Positions 27,079 through 37,049 of a DNA stretch of 64,000 nucleotides are shown here, piece after piece. Source of the stretch: a virus. The translations under genes and the position numbers were made by a program. The DNA lies in the IMG/VR virus record IMGVR_UViG_3300042445_000748, positions 1-64,000 of that record, one strand, 5' to 3'. The notes under the pieces are model-generated. The model saw only the letters and a list, made by a program, of their open reading frames with translations, ran no database searches and was not told where the DNA came from. The first letter of the stretch is position 1. The number at the start of each line of letters is the position of its first letter.

Positions 27079-28869
27079 TTAGATTAGTTTAAACTGATCT
27101 AGGTATTCCAGTGCTTCTTTTGGTGGTTCTGGTCTAATAACATTGTTGTTAACAAACAATTCTTTTGATCTATCTGATTTAGGTCTATCTGCAAACGTAT
27201 GAACTTCAACTTCTAAATCAATACTTTTTGGAGTATTGGCAATTGAACCAAATACAGCACCACAAACTGCGTCCGCTAAATCTTTAGATTTTTTACGAGG
27301 ATGATCAACCCTATCATTCTTCATAATCTTTAACTCAGTTAACTCTTCAAACAATAATTCAATTGAAGGCATTACTAATCTTTCTTCATAAATAAGCATT
27401 GCCATATCTTCATAATGCTTTTTAGCAACTGAAACAGTATCTGTTCTCATTCCAACTGCCTTTAATTCATTTTGAATATCAAATGATTGCCAACGATCAA
27501 ATGTTACCAAGCCTATATTAAATCCAGTTCTTCTTAAGTTTTGAATCCATTGCTTTACTTCTGATAGGTTTACTGGACCTTCTACTTTAGGTTCCCACCA
27601 AACCACTGCATCCACAACAACAATAGGAGCAACCTGTTCGTAATCTTTAATTACCTGAACGTTAACCCATTTCTCCACGTGAGCAATGGCTACAGCACAC
27701 TTGTCATGCTTTTGTGCTAAGTCAGCATGAACATAGTAGGTCTTATCTGGATCAGGCTTAAAGGCTTCATCAAATCTTTTAAAATTATCTATAGGGTTTC
27801 TACCAGTCATACAGGCTCTAACTTTTTCTACCTGCTTAAAAAACGCATCTGATGAATAGGTTGGGACGCATGCAAAACGCATCATTGCATCCCCAAGATC
27901 TGTATAAAAGGCTAACTTAAAGTCATCAATCTTCCTGGTCGGATTAACTTCCCATGTTGGTCTTTTTAATGCAAATACTCCAGGATACTTATATGAAACA
28001 ATCTCATCTTCTTCCCACGAAATATCAAATGTATTTCCTACTTCATCTTCTGGTAGTGCTGGATTTAAAATAAACTTATGATTTTTTTCAATAACATCTT
28101 TTTCTAAAACAACATCATCATATCTTTGAGATATAAAATCTCCCACATACCTTGGAAAAGATAACAATACAACCTTACCTAAATCTGGAAAGCGAGAATC
28201 TACTGAACCACGAAATGCTTTATAAATATTTTCTGCAGTTTTTCCTTGTTCATTTCCTGTGCCAACTTCAGAAACAAAACCAGAAATCTCATCAAGCACT
28301 GCAAGCAAAAGATTTAAGCCCTCATGTGACTCTCTTTCTGAATGTCCAGAATAAACTGTAATAGATTTATTAAACTCTACGCTATCTGCCTTTGCATAAA
28401 ACTTTCCTATAAACCATGGAGACTTTTCAATCTTAGTTTTAAAACCTTTAAAGAAAACGTTCTTAGCCTGCTGTGCGTTAATAGCAACGTTAATTAAATC
28501 AATAGCGTCTCCTGATGGTTTACCAAAATATTTAGCGGGATCTTTTAAACAAAGTAACTTATAAACAATATAAGCACAAGCAACTGTAGAAGTAAAATCT
28601 TTACCACTACCTTTACCTAACTGAAGAATGATTTCATTTTTAGTGTACTTGTTATAATATTCTGTACCTTCTTTTTCACCCAATAATTCTATCAAATCTT
28701 CTTTTCTATAAATCTGGCTCATAGCCTCAACTATGTCATACTGAATTTTAGATAGTGCGGGTTGTCCTAAGTAATCTTCATGTTCAATAAATGTTTTAGC
28801 ATCTACTGGGATTTCTTCAAATGGATTATCTTTTAATACTTCTAAAAAGTCATCAAACATCATGGACAA
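27079..28869 (-). CDS. terL: terminase large subunit
   Basis: QLGKGSGKD Walker A, VLDE Walker B, YYVHADLA and KDLADA nuclease acidic residues. Confidence 0.92.
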   Translation of the reverse strand: MSMMFDDFLEVLKDNPFEEIPVDAKTFIEHEDYLGQPALSKIQYDIVEAMSQIYRKEDLIELLGEKEGTEYYNKYTKNEIILQLGKGSGKDFTSTVACAYIVYKLLCLKDPAKYFGKPSGDAIDLINVAINAQQAKNVFFKGFKTKIEKSPWFIGKFYAKADSVEFNKSITVYSGHSERESHEGLNLLLAVLDEISGFVSEVGTGNEQGKTAENIYKAFRGSVDSRFPDLGKVVLLSFPRYVGDFISQRYDDVVLEKDVIEKNHKFILNPALPEDEVGNTFDISWEEDEIVSYKYPGVFALKRPTWEVNPTRKIDDFKLAFYTDLGDAMMRFACVPTYSSDAFFKQVEKVRACMTGRNPIDNFKRFDEAFKPDPDKTYYVHADLAQKHDKCAVAIAHVEKWVNVQVIKDYEQVAPIVVVDAVVWWEPKVEGPVNLSEVKQWIQNLRRTGFNIGLVTFDRWQSFDIQNELKAVGMRTDTVSVAKKHYEDMAMLIYEERLVMPSIELLFEELTELKIMKNDRVDHPRKKSKDLADAVCGAVFGSIANTPKSIDLEVEVHTFADRPKSDRSKELFVNNNVIRPEPPKEALEYLDQFKLI

Positions 28870-29386
28870 CTGTAACCACTTCGCTTTCCCTAGCAATAGT
28901 TGAAAGTCGTCTCATGATTTCATCACGAACCTGTGGATACTCAGAAGCAACATCTTTTAATATGTTCATAAGCACTTCTTGTTTTCTTTCTATTTGTACC
29001 ATTTCTTCTGCCAGTTCTTTATTTTCTAAAAGCCCTGCTTTTTGTAACATATCAATTCTTCTAGATTCAATATCTAAGACTAACTTAATTCCTTGACTCT
29101 TAGCATTTAAGTTAGCACTTGTTGTTGCATCCTCAATAACTTCATAAGCCTTTGTTATTAACTTGCTGTAATGAGTATCTGCTGCAACCAATGCCTCTTT
29201 TGCTCGTGCACGAATTGCATCATTAGCGGAAGCCATAACTTTCCACTCATTAATTAAACTAACCACTTGTTGTCTTGGTATTGCAAGTTGTTTAGATATT
29301 CTTGTAGGATCATTTCCCTTTAAATATTCTTCAACAACTTTGTTTACCTGATCTAAATGTTGCACCAAATCTTGCTCAGTTGACAT
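28853..29386 (-). CDS. putative terminase small subunit (N-terminal HTH)
   Basis: HTH-like N-terminus, coiled coil, directly upstream of terL. Confidence 0.55.
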   Translation of the reverse strand: MSTEQDLVQHLDQVNKVVEEYLKGNDPTRISKQLAIPRQQVVSLINEWKVMASANDAIRARAKEALVAADTHYSKLITKAYEVIEDATTSANLNAKSQGIKLVLDIESRRIDMLQKAGLLENKELAEEMVQIERKQEVLMNILKDVASEYPQVRDEIMRRLSTIARESEVVTVVHDV

Positions 29387-30347
29387 TATTTACCTTCTTG
29401 CGTAAATCATATAACATGTTTGCCCATACATAATGAAACGCTGTGCCGTAATGTCTACCATCTCTTGCTACCATTGTAAACTTATCGTCTTTATGGCTAT
29501 TGCTATATTCAAAAACTTCTTGTTCAATCTTTGCCAATTCTTCTGGACCAGTGGTGCTATAGTAATTATTTAAGTTACATAATTCTAAAAATGCATCAGT
29601 GCCTCTGACGTATGAAAATATATATAACTCTATATTGTGTGATTTGCAATATACTTCTAAAAACATCAAATACTGATATGTATATATTGCTAAGGTATGA
29701 ACAAACATAGATACAGTGGTTTCTCTTTTTACTAAAGAATGTCTATAATTTTCATTTAGTGCATAGAATAATTCTTGAGGACCCATAGGCTTATCAAGTT
29801 CATGACTGTTGTCTGAGTTTAATGCATAGAATCTATTTAGATCTGGTAAATCTAAAAATATAATATCTGGATTGCCATAACTATCTATATACTTAAATGT
29901 GCTTGCTACTATATCAAATATACTTTTTCCAGGTGTACCTATATTGTAGTATCCAGAAACCTTTTCATCTTTTGCAATTAACTGATGCAATAGGTATGAC
30001 CATGTTTCTTTAGTATAAAGTCCTTGTCCGTAAGTAACAGAACAACCATTAAATAAAATATGTTTTCCATCGTGATCTTTTTTAAACTCATCTGATCTGT
30101 ATCCTTGTTTATTAGGAACATACTCATCTTGTGGAAAATCAATCCATAACTGAGTATTGTCAAGTTTCTTTGCGTCTTTATATAGACCCTCTATTAGATT
30201 GTTCCACCCAGTTAACTGTCTGGCAAATGGTAACTCTACCTTTTCATTTTGCAATAAAACTTTATGACTTTGTTTAGCAGTTTTAGTAAATTGTACATTA
30301 AGTGTTTCATATAAATTTACAGGTGCTACTTCTGGATTTTCATTCAT
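29376..30347 (-). CDS. SGNH/GDSL-like protein, paralog 5
   Basis: NKQGYRSDEF, ILFNGCSVTYG, YYNIGTPGKS, RDGRHYG. Confidence 0.7.
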   Translation of the reverse strand: MNENPEVAPVNLYETLNVQFTKTAKQSHKVLLQNEKVELPFARQLTGWNNLIEGLYKDAKKLDNTQLWIDFPQDEYVPNKQGYRSDEFKKDHDGKHILFNGCSVTYGQGLYTKETWSYLLHQLIAKDEKVSGYYNIGTPGKSIFDIVASTFKYIDSYGNPDIIFLDLPDLNRFYALNSDNSHELDKPMGPQELFYALNENYRHSLVKRETTVSMFVHTLAIYTYQYLMFLEVYCKSHNIELYIFSYVRGTDAFLELCNLNNYYSTTGPEELAKIEQEVFEYSNSHKDDKFTMVARDGRHYGTAFHYVWANMLYDLRKKVNNVN

Positions 30348-30627
30348 TGTTACTCTCCTTAGTATTATTATAAACTTTTGAAACTTTTAATAGTATTAAA
30401 TATCCTATTAAATCATCCAAATCATTATCTCCATAAAACTCAGAACCTCTAGATATTCTAGACAGTTTATCGTCAATTCTTATCTTTATCTGTTCGTCTG
30501 AATTTGCTTTAGAGAATATTCTAATTGGATCAAGTGCAGAATCACCATATGATTTATTTTTTTCAATAAGCATATCTTTTATATTATTACAAACATTAGC
30601 AATTGTATGTTGAGTTGAAGTGTTCAT
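30340..30627 (-). CDS. nucleotide-modification-associated domain 1 (DUF1599-like) protein
   Basis: KNKSYGDS...RIDDKLSRI...DLIGYLIL. Confidence 0.7.
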   Translation of the reverse strand: MNTSTQHTIANVCNNIKDMLIEKNKSYGDSALDPIRIFSKANSDEQIKIRIDDKLSRISRGSEFYGDNDLDDLIGYLILLKVSKVYNNTKESNNE

Positions 30628-30782
30628 CTTTTTGATTTCCTTAATCCAAACTTAGCCAAGTAAACGTATATTGTTTCAACACTACATCCACACTCCTTGG
30701 CAATTTCTTCTGGTGATTTTCTATCCATAAGATATCTCTTACGCATAAAAACTTCGCTACTATACATTTTACCAGAAGCCAT
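30624..30782 (-). CDS. small HTH DNA-binding protein
   Basis: KSPEEIAKECGCSVETIYVYL; start moved to MASGK. Confidence 0.7.
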   Translation of the reverse strand: MASGKMYSSEVFMRKRYLMDRKSPEEIAKECGCSVETIYVYLAKFGLRKSKR

Positions 30783-30783
30783 A

Positions 30784-31428
30784 CTATTGATCATCCTCTG
30801 TATCAATAATATCATAGTTATAGGAGTTAGAGTCTTCTGTAATCCATTTGCTGTACCCTTCGACATCCCAAGCATTTGTATTGATCAATCTATCAATTAC
30901 TAATGATTTTTTAGTAACAAATGATGGCTCGTATAAACGAACCCTATTATTTGGCTGTATAGCAAAATTTCCATCATCGCGTTGAATAACGTGTCCACAT
31001 TTGTGCTGACCTGGATTTTCAGAGTATCCATCATCTAGTATATTGCTATCTGGACTGTGCCAGTCTAAAGTAAACAAGTATTTTCCAAATATATTTTGTT
31101 TAGTTCTGTCTAAATAAGACATCTTCATATTACTTAAATTTTCAAACTTAGTTACTGATATATGTGAACTAAAAGAATTCCAAAGAACTAAATTATGCAA
31201 TGGTTGTTCTGGAGTGTTTGGCTTAGTGCAGAAAGCATTAATTGGCATTCTCCACCAAAGCCCACCGTCTTCCATTAAGAAGTGAAACAACGGACTTCTT
31301 GACTTTACACTTGACACACCAAAAATGACTACAGGAAAATACTTATCATGAGAGTCTTGCTGATCTCTTAAAAAATTGCCTCTAACATAACATTCTATTG
31401 GTGGAATGTTTGCATTTAATTCTGGCAC
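30784..31428 (-). CDS. conserved hypothetical phage protein
   Basis: LNANIPPIECYVR...YLFTLDW...HKCGH...QPNNRV. Confidence 0.65.
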   Translation of the reverse strand: MPELNANIPPIECYVRGNFLRDQQDSHDKYFPVVIFGVSSVKSRSPLFHFLMEDGGLWWRMPINAFCTKPNTPEQPLHNLVLWNSFSSHISVTKFENLSNMKMSYLDRTKQNIFGKYLFTLDWHSPDSNILDDGYSENPGQHKCGHVIQRDDGNFAIQPNNRVRLYEPSFVTKKSLVIDRLINTNAWDVEGYSKWITEDSNSYNYDIIDTEDDQ

Positions 31429-32015
31429 TATTCTTCAATCCTCATGGCCTTGTTCCAATTATTAATGGCCCAATGACCTATTGCACAGGCATCGGCAACA
31501 TCGTTATCACTTATATTTTTATCATATATGGTATTAACAAACCTTATAGTTCTTTCTTTTCTTAAGTTTCTTTCATATGTTTTATACCAAGACTCTGATC
31601 TACCAGGGTTTTGAGTTGCTATTAATACTCTTTCTTCTTTTGATATCTTCTTATTACCTATAAAGTTTTGCCAGGTAATTGGTGATACTGATCCTATTGT
31701 TGATACCCCGCAAACTTTTAAGGCACCTATAATGGCACCCTGTACAAGGGCTAGATCTGCAGCAGTTTTTGGACTATTCATAAATACTGTATGCTCTATA
31801 ACAACAGCATCTATATCATAAAGATCAAATAGTGCCTGAGTCTTTATGCAAGCATCCCCAACCTTTTCATATGTTGTATTACCAGTAAAATTAATCTTTC
31901 CAAAAAAACTAAGTTGTTTATTATTATAAACAGAAAAAGCCAAACTATTTGTGCTTGCATCTATTGCACAGATATTATTAGGCATAATCTCTAGGCCCCA
32001 CTTATTCTTTGTCAT
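31428..32015 (-). CDS. RuvC-like Holliday junction resolvase
   Basis: ICAIDASTNS, VVIE, DNDVADACAIG. Confidence 0.8.
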   Translation of the reverse strand: MTKNKWGLEIMPNNICAIDASTNSLAFSVYNNKQLSFFGKINFTGNTTYEKVGDACIKTQALFDLYDIDAVVIEHTVFMNSPKTAADLALVQGAIIGALKVCGVSTIGSVSPITWQNFIGNKKISKEERVLIATQNPGRSESWYKTYERNLRKERTIRFVNTIYDKNISDNDVADACAIGHWAINNWNKAMRIEE

Positions 32016-32289
32016 TAATAATAATCCTCATTTTCTTTAAAGCCTTAACAACTTCTACTGGATTAATTAAACAAAAAGTACATATTGGTTCATCATTATA
32101 TATTGACAAATCATTACCACAATTTTTGCACTTTCTAGTCTTACCAATTCTTTTTTGTCTACGTGAAATAAGATATCTTTCAGCAATTTTTTCTTTAGTT
32201 GCAGACTCTCTGCATTCTTCAGAACAATATATCTGATATGTTACTTTTGCTTTAAATTTGTTTTCACACCATTTACAGTTCTTCACCAA
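32002..32289 (-). CDS. Cys-rich zinc-binding protein
   Basis: CKWC, CSEEC, CKNC, CTFC. Confidence 0.7.
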   Translation of the reverse strand: MVKNCKWCENKFKAKVTYQIYCSEECRESATKEKIAERYLISRRQKRIGKTRKCKNCGNDLSIYNDEPICTFCLINPVEVVKALKKMRIIINDKE

Positions 32290-33112
32290 GGTTCTCCAAG
32301 GAATCTATTTTAATAGTTCCCGCCTCTGCTTCAGAACATGCTTTTTGAATTGGACATCTTGCACAAATTTTTGAGTTAGATCTATAATTCCTTTTAGGAA
32401 TAGTTTGATCAACCCATGCTTTGCGAACTGTTCTCATCCAATCAAATGCCTGGTTAACCCACCTGCGGTAATGATCGTTTAGTTCAATAGGAAGTGTAAG
32501 CAATTCATGATTATTTTTATTTTCATAAATCAATACACCCTTATCTTTTTTAAATACTTTCATATAAATAAGAACTTGTTTTAAATGATCCATCTTTGGT
32601 TTTCTATGCATTTTTCTATATTCAAAACCTTCATTTGGCACAGTTTTAATTTCGCCAACAATGTCAGTTCCGTTGTAATGCAACATAGCGTCTGCAAATC
32701 CATTGATAGGAGGATCTTCAGATCTTACAGCCAACTCCATTGCTGGATGTATTTGTTTATTATACTTTCTTGGCTCTGGATCCATTTCTAAATCTTCAGC
32801 AAGAACACCAGATTTTAATAAAGCATCTTGAATTCTACCGTGACTTAGATTACCACCTGTTCTATTAGCAACACCGTAAGCATCTGCGTTATCTTCCCAC
32901 ACAGTTCCTTCAAAGGCTAGGTACCAAAATCTTGCACACTCGCCATGGTTCCATACTATTGTTGATGGAGAGAAACTATATTTTTTTGCATACTTAGGTT
33001 TTAAGTTTGCAGTATATCCTTTTTCAATTGATTCAATTAGACCTTTAGTAAAGTCTACATCGCCATTGTGTATTTCTTTTTTAATCATAACTTGCTGTAA
33101 TAAATTTTTCAT
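32273..33112 (-). CDS. Cas4/RecB-like PD-(D/E)xK exonuclease with Fe-S cysteines
   Basis: FSPS...C.R, H, GFAD, EIKT, Q..IY, CARCPIQKAC. Confidence 0.85.
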   Translation of the reverse strand: MKNLLQQVMIKKEIHNGDVDFTKGLIESIEKGYTANLKPKYAKKYSFSPSTIVWNHGECARFWYLAFEGTVWEDNADAYGVANRTGGNLSHGRIQDALLKSGVLAEDLEMDPEPRKYNKQIHPAMELAVRSEDPPINGFADAMLHYNGTDIVGEIKTVPNEGFEYRKMHRKPKMDHLKQVLIYMKVFKKDKGVLIYENKNNHELLTLPIELNDHYRRWVNQAFDWMRTVRKAWVDQTIPKRNYRSNSKICARCPIQKACSEAEAGTIKIDSLENLGEEL

Positions 33113-33140
33113 GTTTGTCCTTTTAATATAGTATAGCAGA

Positions 33141-33476
33141 CTATCGCGTAATGTACTTAAGTGCAGAAACTAAATCATTAATTGACTCTGCAGCAGTATA
33201 ATATATATTCTTTTTTGCTCTATCGTTTTTATCAACATTGGTCATCCAAGTTGCTTTAAAGGACATCTTTGCTGCAATTGCTTGCAGTCTAACTATTTCT
33301 ATAGTTGCAACGTTCATTGGTATATCTGGCTTAATAATAACTTTTGCAATAAATGTTAAGGCTGTAGTTAATTCTTCATCTTGCATATACTCTGCTATTT
33401 CAGCAAGACCATTAACCATCTCTATTGTTGTTTTACCATTCTCAGTTTCCAAGACCAAAACCTCCATTTTTTTCAT
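33141..33476 (-). CDS. conserved hypothetical protein
   Basis: helical ORF in the recombination operon; true start may be TTG at 33452. Confidence 0.6.
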   Translation of the reverse strand: MKKMEVLVLETENGKTTIEMVNGLAEIAEYMQDEELTTALTFIAKVIIKPDIPMNVATIEIVRLQAIAAKMSFKATWMTNVDKNDRAKKNIYYTAAESINDLVSALKYITR

Positions 33477-34218
33477 CTGGTATTCCTATTTTTCTTCCTT
33501 CTTCATGATACTGTGTCCAACTTTTTTGAAATCTTGGATGTTGATTTAACTCAGTAATATATTTTTGTCTTAGTTCAGGGTGATGTTGATTATCTATTGG
33601 GTTTTCATCTCCTAAAAATCTATAATTATCTGGAGGACAATAATCAAAACTAACTATCTCAACATATTCTCCAGGCTTCCAGTGTCTCTTAGGTCTCCAA
33701 TGAACCTGATTAACTGCACTAAACACCATAGCGTCACCGTTTTTAAGATCATAATGTTCACCATCAATAACTAATTGCCAGTCATCAACGTTGCCACCAA
33801 TTTGATAATTAAAAGTAACTAGGTTCTCATCAGCATCAATATGTGGCGGAAGCGATGGTGCATACTTTCCGTCTCCATACTGCATATCATATTTAATATA
33901 ATTGTAGTGACATAGTTTTATTTCTTCTTTATATACTGGTTTTGCATACGAGTCCATAATATCTTCTATTTCTTTTGGACATTCAAATTCGATTAACTCT
34001 CTAGACATGATTGTAATTTTTTTAGGATAAAACCTATTCATGGCTGATATAGTTGCATCATCTGATTCAATTAAATCATCTACTACAATGTTTCTATTTT
34101 CTTCAATAGTGCTTCTTAATAAATATGCCTCTTGTTGTGTAAATGGTTTTTCAATATAAAATGGAAGTTTTTTATTATACTTATTAAAATCAGTTAAAAA
34201 ATTATGCATTTTTGTCAC
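33442..34218 (-). CDS. 2OG-Fe(II) oxygenase-like protein (tandem array copy 5)
   Basis: PSLPPHID...W.LVIDG...QVHWR. Confidence 0.7.
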   Translation of the reverse strand: MTKMHNFLTDFNKYNKKLPFYIEKPFTQQEAYLLRSTIEENRNIVVDDLIESDDATISAMNRFYPKKITIMSRELIEFECPKEIEDIMDSYAKPVYKEEIKLCHYNYIKYDMQYGDGKYAPSLPPHIDADENLVTFNYQIGGNVDDWQLVIDGEHYDLKNGDAMVFSAVNQVHWRPKRHWKPGEYVEIVSFDYCPPDNYRFLGDENPIDNQHHPELRQKYITELNQHPRFQKSWTQYHEEGRKIGIPDEKNGGFGLGN

Positions 34219-34853
34219 TAGTAAGAACCCTCTACTGGGTTTTCACTAATACCAGAAGTTGACTTCCAAATATCATGTTGATATTTTCTTCTATTTGATA
34301 TTTCTTCTTTTTCTTCTTTGGAAACCATATTGTTAAATTTAGGAATAAAGTGTAAGAATAATGCTTCTAAAAACTCTTCATCGGCAAATTCTTTTTTAGG
34401 TCTCCAGTGAACTTGATGTGTTCCAGAAAATGTTAGTGCTTGGTTATCTTTTAATGTAAAGGCTTTTTCATCTTTCCAGTTATCAACAACTATGTCCCAG
34501 AGAACATTAGATTTTAACTGTACATCTACAGTAAATCTTCTACCAGTAAACGCATCATCAGTATGTGGAAAAAGCAATGGATTAAATAAAAATTTCTTAC
34601 AATCTGATATTGTTTTTTGATATCTTGAAAAATTATACTCTGCTAACACTAATTCTTCACCAACAATGTCTTCTGCATATTGAGTAACCCTATCTATAAT
34701 GTCTTGTGGTAATTCAATGTGCCAACTTGTATAACTTAGGTATTGTTGAAAATCTGTACGATTGGTCTTACTAACAATATTGTATAGTCTATTTATTTGG
34801 TCTTGCGTAAAAAAATTTTCTATTATTACGTTAGGAGCATCTTTATAGTTCAT
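34218..34853 (-). CDS. 2OG-Fe(II) oxygenase-like protein (copy 4)
   Basis: PLLFPHTD...TVDVQL...FSGTHQVHWR. Confidence 0.7.
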   Translation of the reverse strand: MNYKDAPNVIIENFFTQDQINRLYNIVSKTNRTDFQQYLSYTSWHIELPQDIIDRVTQYAEDIVGEELVLAEYNFSRYQKTISDCKKFLFNPLLFPHTDDAFTGRRFTVDVQLKSNVLWDIVVDNWKDEKAFTLKDNQALTFSGTHQVHWRPKKEFADEEFLEALFLHFIPKFNNMVSKEEKEEISNRRKYQHDIWKSTSGISENPVEGSY

Positions 34854-35505
34854 TTTTTTCCTTTGAGTTTAATGGTACTGGTTGTCTTTCAATTCCAGTT
34901 TTTTCTCTAAACCTATGAGACCAATATTCTAAAATTAATTTTTGATCTTTACCCCAAGGCCTATTGTCTGCATATTTAAAATGAGCAAACAGCATATCTA
35001 CTTTATCGTCATCAGATAAAGTTTTGTTTTCTCTCCAGTGTACCTGTTGGGTTCCAGCAAAAACAAGTCCATCATTATTATCTAAAACAAAAGACTCCCC
35101 TTCTACTACGATTGCCCAGGGAGTTGTTGTATTAAGTTGTATATCAAGAGTTATTCTTTGTCCGTCTTGATCATGGGTATCGAAGTGTGGAAATAACTTT
35201 GGCTTATATCCATACTCATTAGAGTATCTTGCAAAAGATAACTCACCTAAAATCATTTGTTCACCAAGTAGATTGCTTATCCAAACAGTTAAATATTTTT
35301 CTAACTCTGAATTGTGAATCATCCAGGCTTTATGTCCAGCAAAATCTTGAACTAAAAATTCAATGTTTGATTCATTTATTTGACTGTAAATGATATCTTT
35401 ATATTGATCAGTTATTATATTTTTATAAATATAAACCCCAAAATCTCTATCTGGAACAATCCCTTTTTCTAACTCTTCATTATATATTGCTGGATCAAAC
35501 GGCAT
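34843..35505 (-). CDS. 2OG-Fe(II) oxygenase-like protein (copy 3)
   Basis: PKLFPHFD...TLDIQL...FAGTQQVHWR. Confidence 0.7.
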   Translation of the reverse strand: MPFDPAIYNEELEKGIVPDRDFGVYIYKNIITDQYKDIIYSQINESNIEFLVQDFAGHKAWMIHNSELEKYLTVWISNLLGEQMILGELSFARYSNEYGYKPKLFPHFDTHDQDGQRITLDIQLNTTTPWAIVVEGESFVLDNNDGLVFAGTQQVHWRENKTLSDDDKVDMLFAHFKYADNRPWGKDQKLILEYWSHRFREKTGIERQPVPLNSKEKNEL

Positions 35506-35508
35506 AGT

Positions 35509-36216
35509 CTACTCTCTTCCTTGAAAAAAAACTTCATTTGCTCTTTCAATCCACTCATTTTTAAGTGGCCATTCCGACATACTTTTATCTAACTCTACTA
35601 CTCCAAATTCAATACCACTTTCTTTTTGATAAAATCTTTCCCAATATTCTAATATTTCTTTTTGATTTGGACTTTGTTCTTTTTTATTTTTATATTTAAA
35701 GTGAGCAAAAACAGAAGCGTAGTAATCATCTTTTTTAAACTCTATTTCGTCTCTCCAATGTATTTGCTGAGTTCCAGAAAATATAACCCCTTCATTTTTA
35801 TTACATTTATATCTTTTATTTTCTACAACAAGATCCCAATCTATATTAGCATCTAACTGCACTGACATCGTTACTCTTTGACCGTCAGCACTATGATTGT
35901 CACAATGCGGATATAGTTTTGGCTTATATCCAAAGTTTGGTGTATATACACACAGTTCTACTTCACTAGCGATAACTTCTTCGCCAAGTTCATCACTAAC
36001 AACTTTTTCTAATCTATCAAAAATTTCTTTATAACTCAATCCCCATTTTCTTTGACCAGCATATCCAACTGATTGATAATAATGCTCAAATTTTTTAAAA
36101 TGATGTTTAATTGTATCTAAATGATATTCTTCAAAAACATCTTTAACTGTAGACACTCTAAAGTCCTTATTATCTACAAAGCCTTCTTTTAGTTGTTGAT
36201 CAGATAATGCAATCAT
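35509..36216 (-). CDS. 2OG-Fe(II) oxygenase-like protein (copy 2)
   Basis: PKLYPHCD...VQL...FSGTQQIHWR. Confidence 0.7.
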   Translation of the reverse strand: MIALSDQQLKEGFVDNKDFRVSTVKDVFEEYHLDTIKHHFKKFEHYYQSVGYAGQRKWGLSYKEIFDRLEKVVSDELGEEVIASEVELCVYTPNFGYKPKLYPHCDNHSADGQRVTMSVQLDANIDWDLVVENKRYKCNKNEGVIFSGTQQIHWRDEIEFKKDDYYASVFAHFKYKNKKEQSPNQKEILEYWERFYQKESGIEFGVVELDKSMSEWPLKNEWIERANEVFFQGRE

Positions 36217-36217
36217 T

Positions 36218-36757
36218 TTATTCCCTATTCTTTGGTTTAGTAAAAAAGAAAAATAACATTTTCACAAACTCTGAATCGTTAAATTTTTTATCTGGCCTTC
36301 CATGTAATTGTTTAAATGGTCTAAGAACTACGGCTTGATTATCTACCAATTGATAATCAACATCGTCAACGGTTATTGCCCACTTTGTATTTGATGCTAA
36401 CTGATAGTCAATTAAAGTTGTGTCATCTTTTACATCGTGATGCTTGTTTAATCTTGGTGTTCCAAACCTTGTCTCGTAGTCAGCAAAGACAGTTCCTATA
36501 TATTCACAATCTCCATAATTATCTTTTAGTACTCTTTTTAACTTTTCAATAATATGTTCTGGTGTTGGAAGTATTTCTGCCATTATTCTTCCATTATTAA
36601 AATCTTTCATAACCACATCATCCTGATTGATCAATGTGTTATTTTCGTCATGCTTAATATCAACATGTGGTCTAATTTCTAATTCATGCTCTACCATTGC
36701 GATTAATTCTTCGCACTCTTCTTTGGTAAACAAATCATTCAATACTATATTTTCCAT
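36218..36757 (-). CDS. 2OG-Fe(II) oxygenase-like protein (copy 1)
   Basis: PRLNKHHD...DYQL..N..W...QLHGR. Confidence 0.65.
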   Translation of the reverse strand: MENIVLNDLFTKEECEELIAMVEHELEIRPHVDIKHDENNTLINQDDVVMKDFNNGRIMAEILPTPEHIIEKLKRVLKDNYGDCEYIGTVFADYETRFGTPRLNKHHDVKDDTTLIDYQLASNTKWAITVDDVDYQLVDNQAVVLRPFKQLHGRPDKKFNDSEFVKMLFFFFTKPKNRE

Positions 36758-36764
36758 AATACTA

Positions 36765-37049
36765 TTATACCCTATCTGTTAATTGTTCTAATATATCCAT
36801 CTCAATTATGGCTAATCTTGTTTTGTTATTACCCTGCCCTAAAACCACAACTATTGCTGGATCCATGTTTTTCTTAAGAGCGTCTGTTACAGCCTTAGCC
36901 CAAACCTCTTTATTTAAAGTAAAAGACTTAGAAACTTCTTTAAAATCAATTACAAAGTTATTCCAAGAAGCGTCCCCCTTTACAGTGTTTCTTCCTGAAT
37001 TTTTGTGCTGCTTAGCACCTATTCTTTTACTTTCGCTCTTCTCGCTCAT
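36765..37049 (-). CDS. Holliday junction resolvase-like PD-(D/E)xK nuclease
   Basis: SE...NSGR..KGDA...IDFKE. Confidence 0.65.
   Translation of the reverse strand: MSEKSESKRIGAKQHKNSGRNTVKGDASWNNFVIDFKEVSKSFTLNKEVWAKAVTDALKKNMDPAIVVVLGQGNNKTRLAIIEMDILEQLTDRV

Noticed and set aside
32273-33112. Cas4-like gene as evidence of a CRISPR-Cas system
   Set aside because: No repeat-spacer array or other cas genes seen; Cas4-like exonucleases are standard in phage recombination modules
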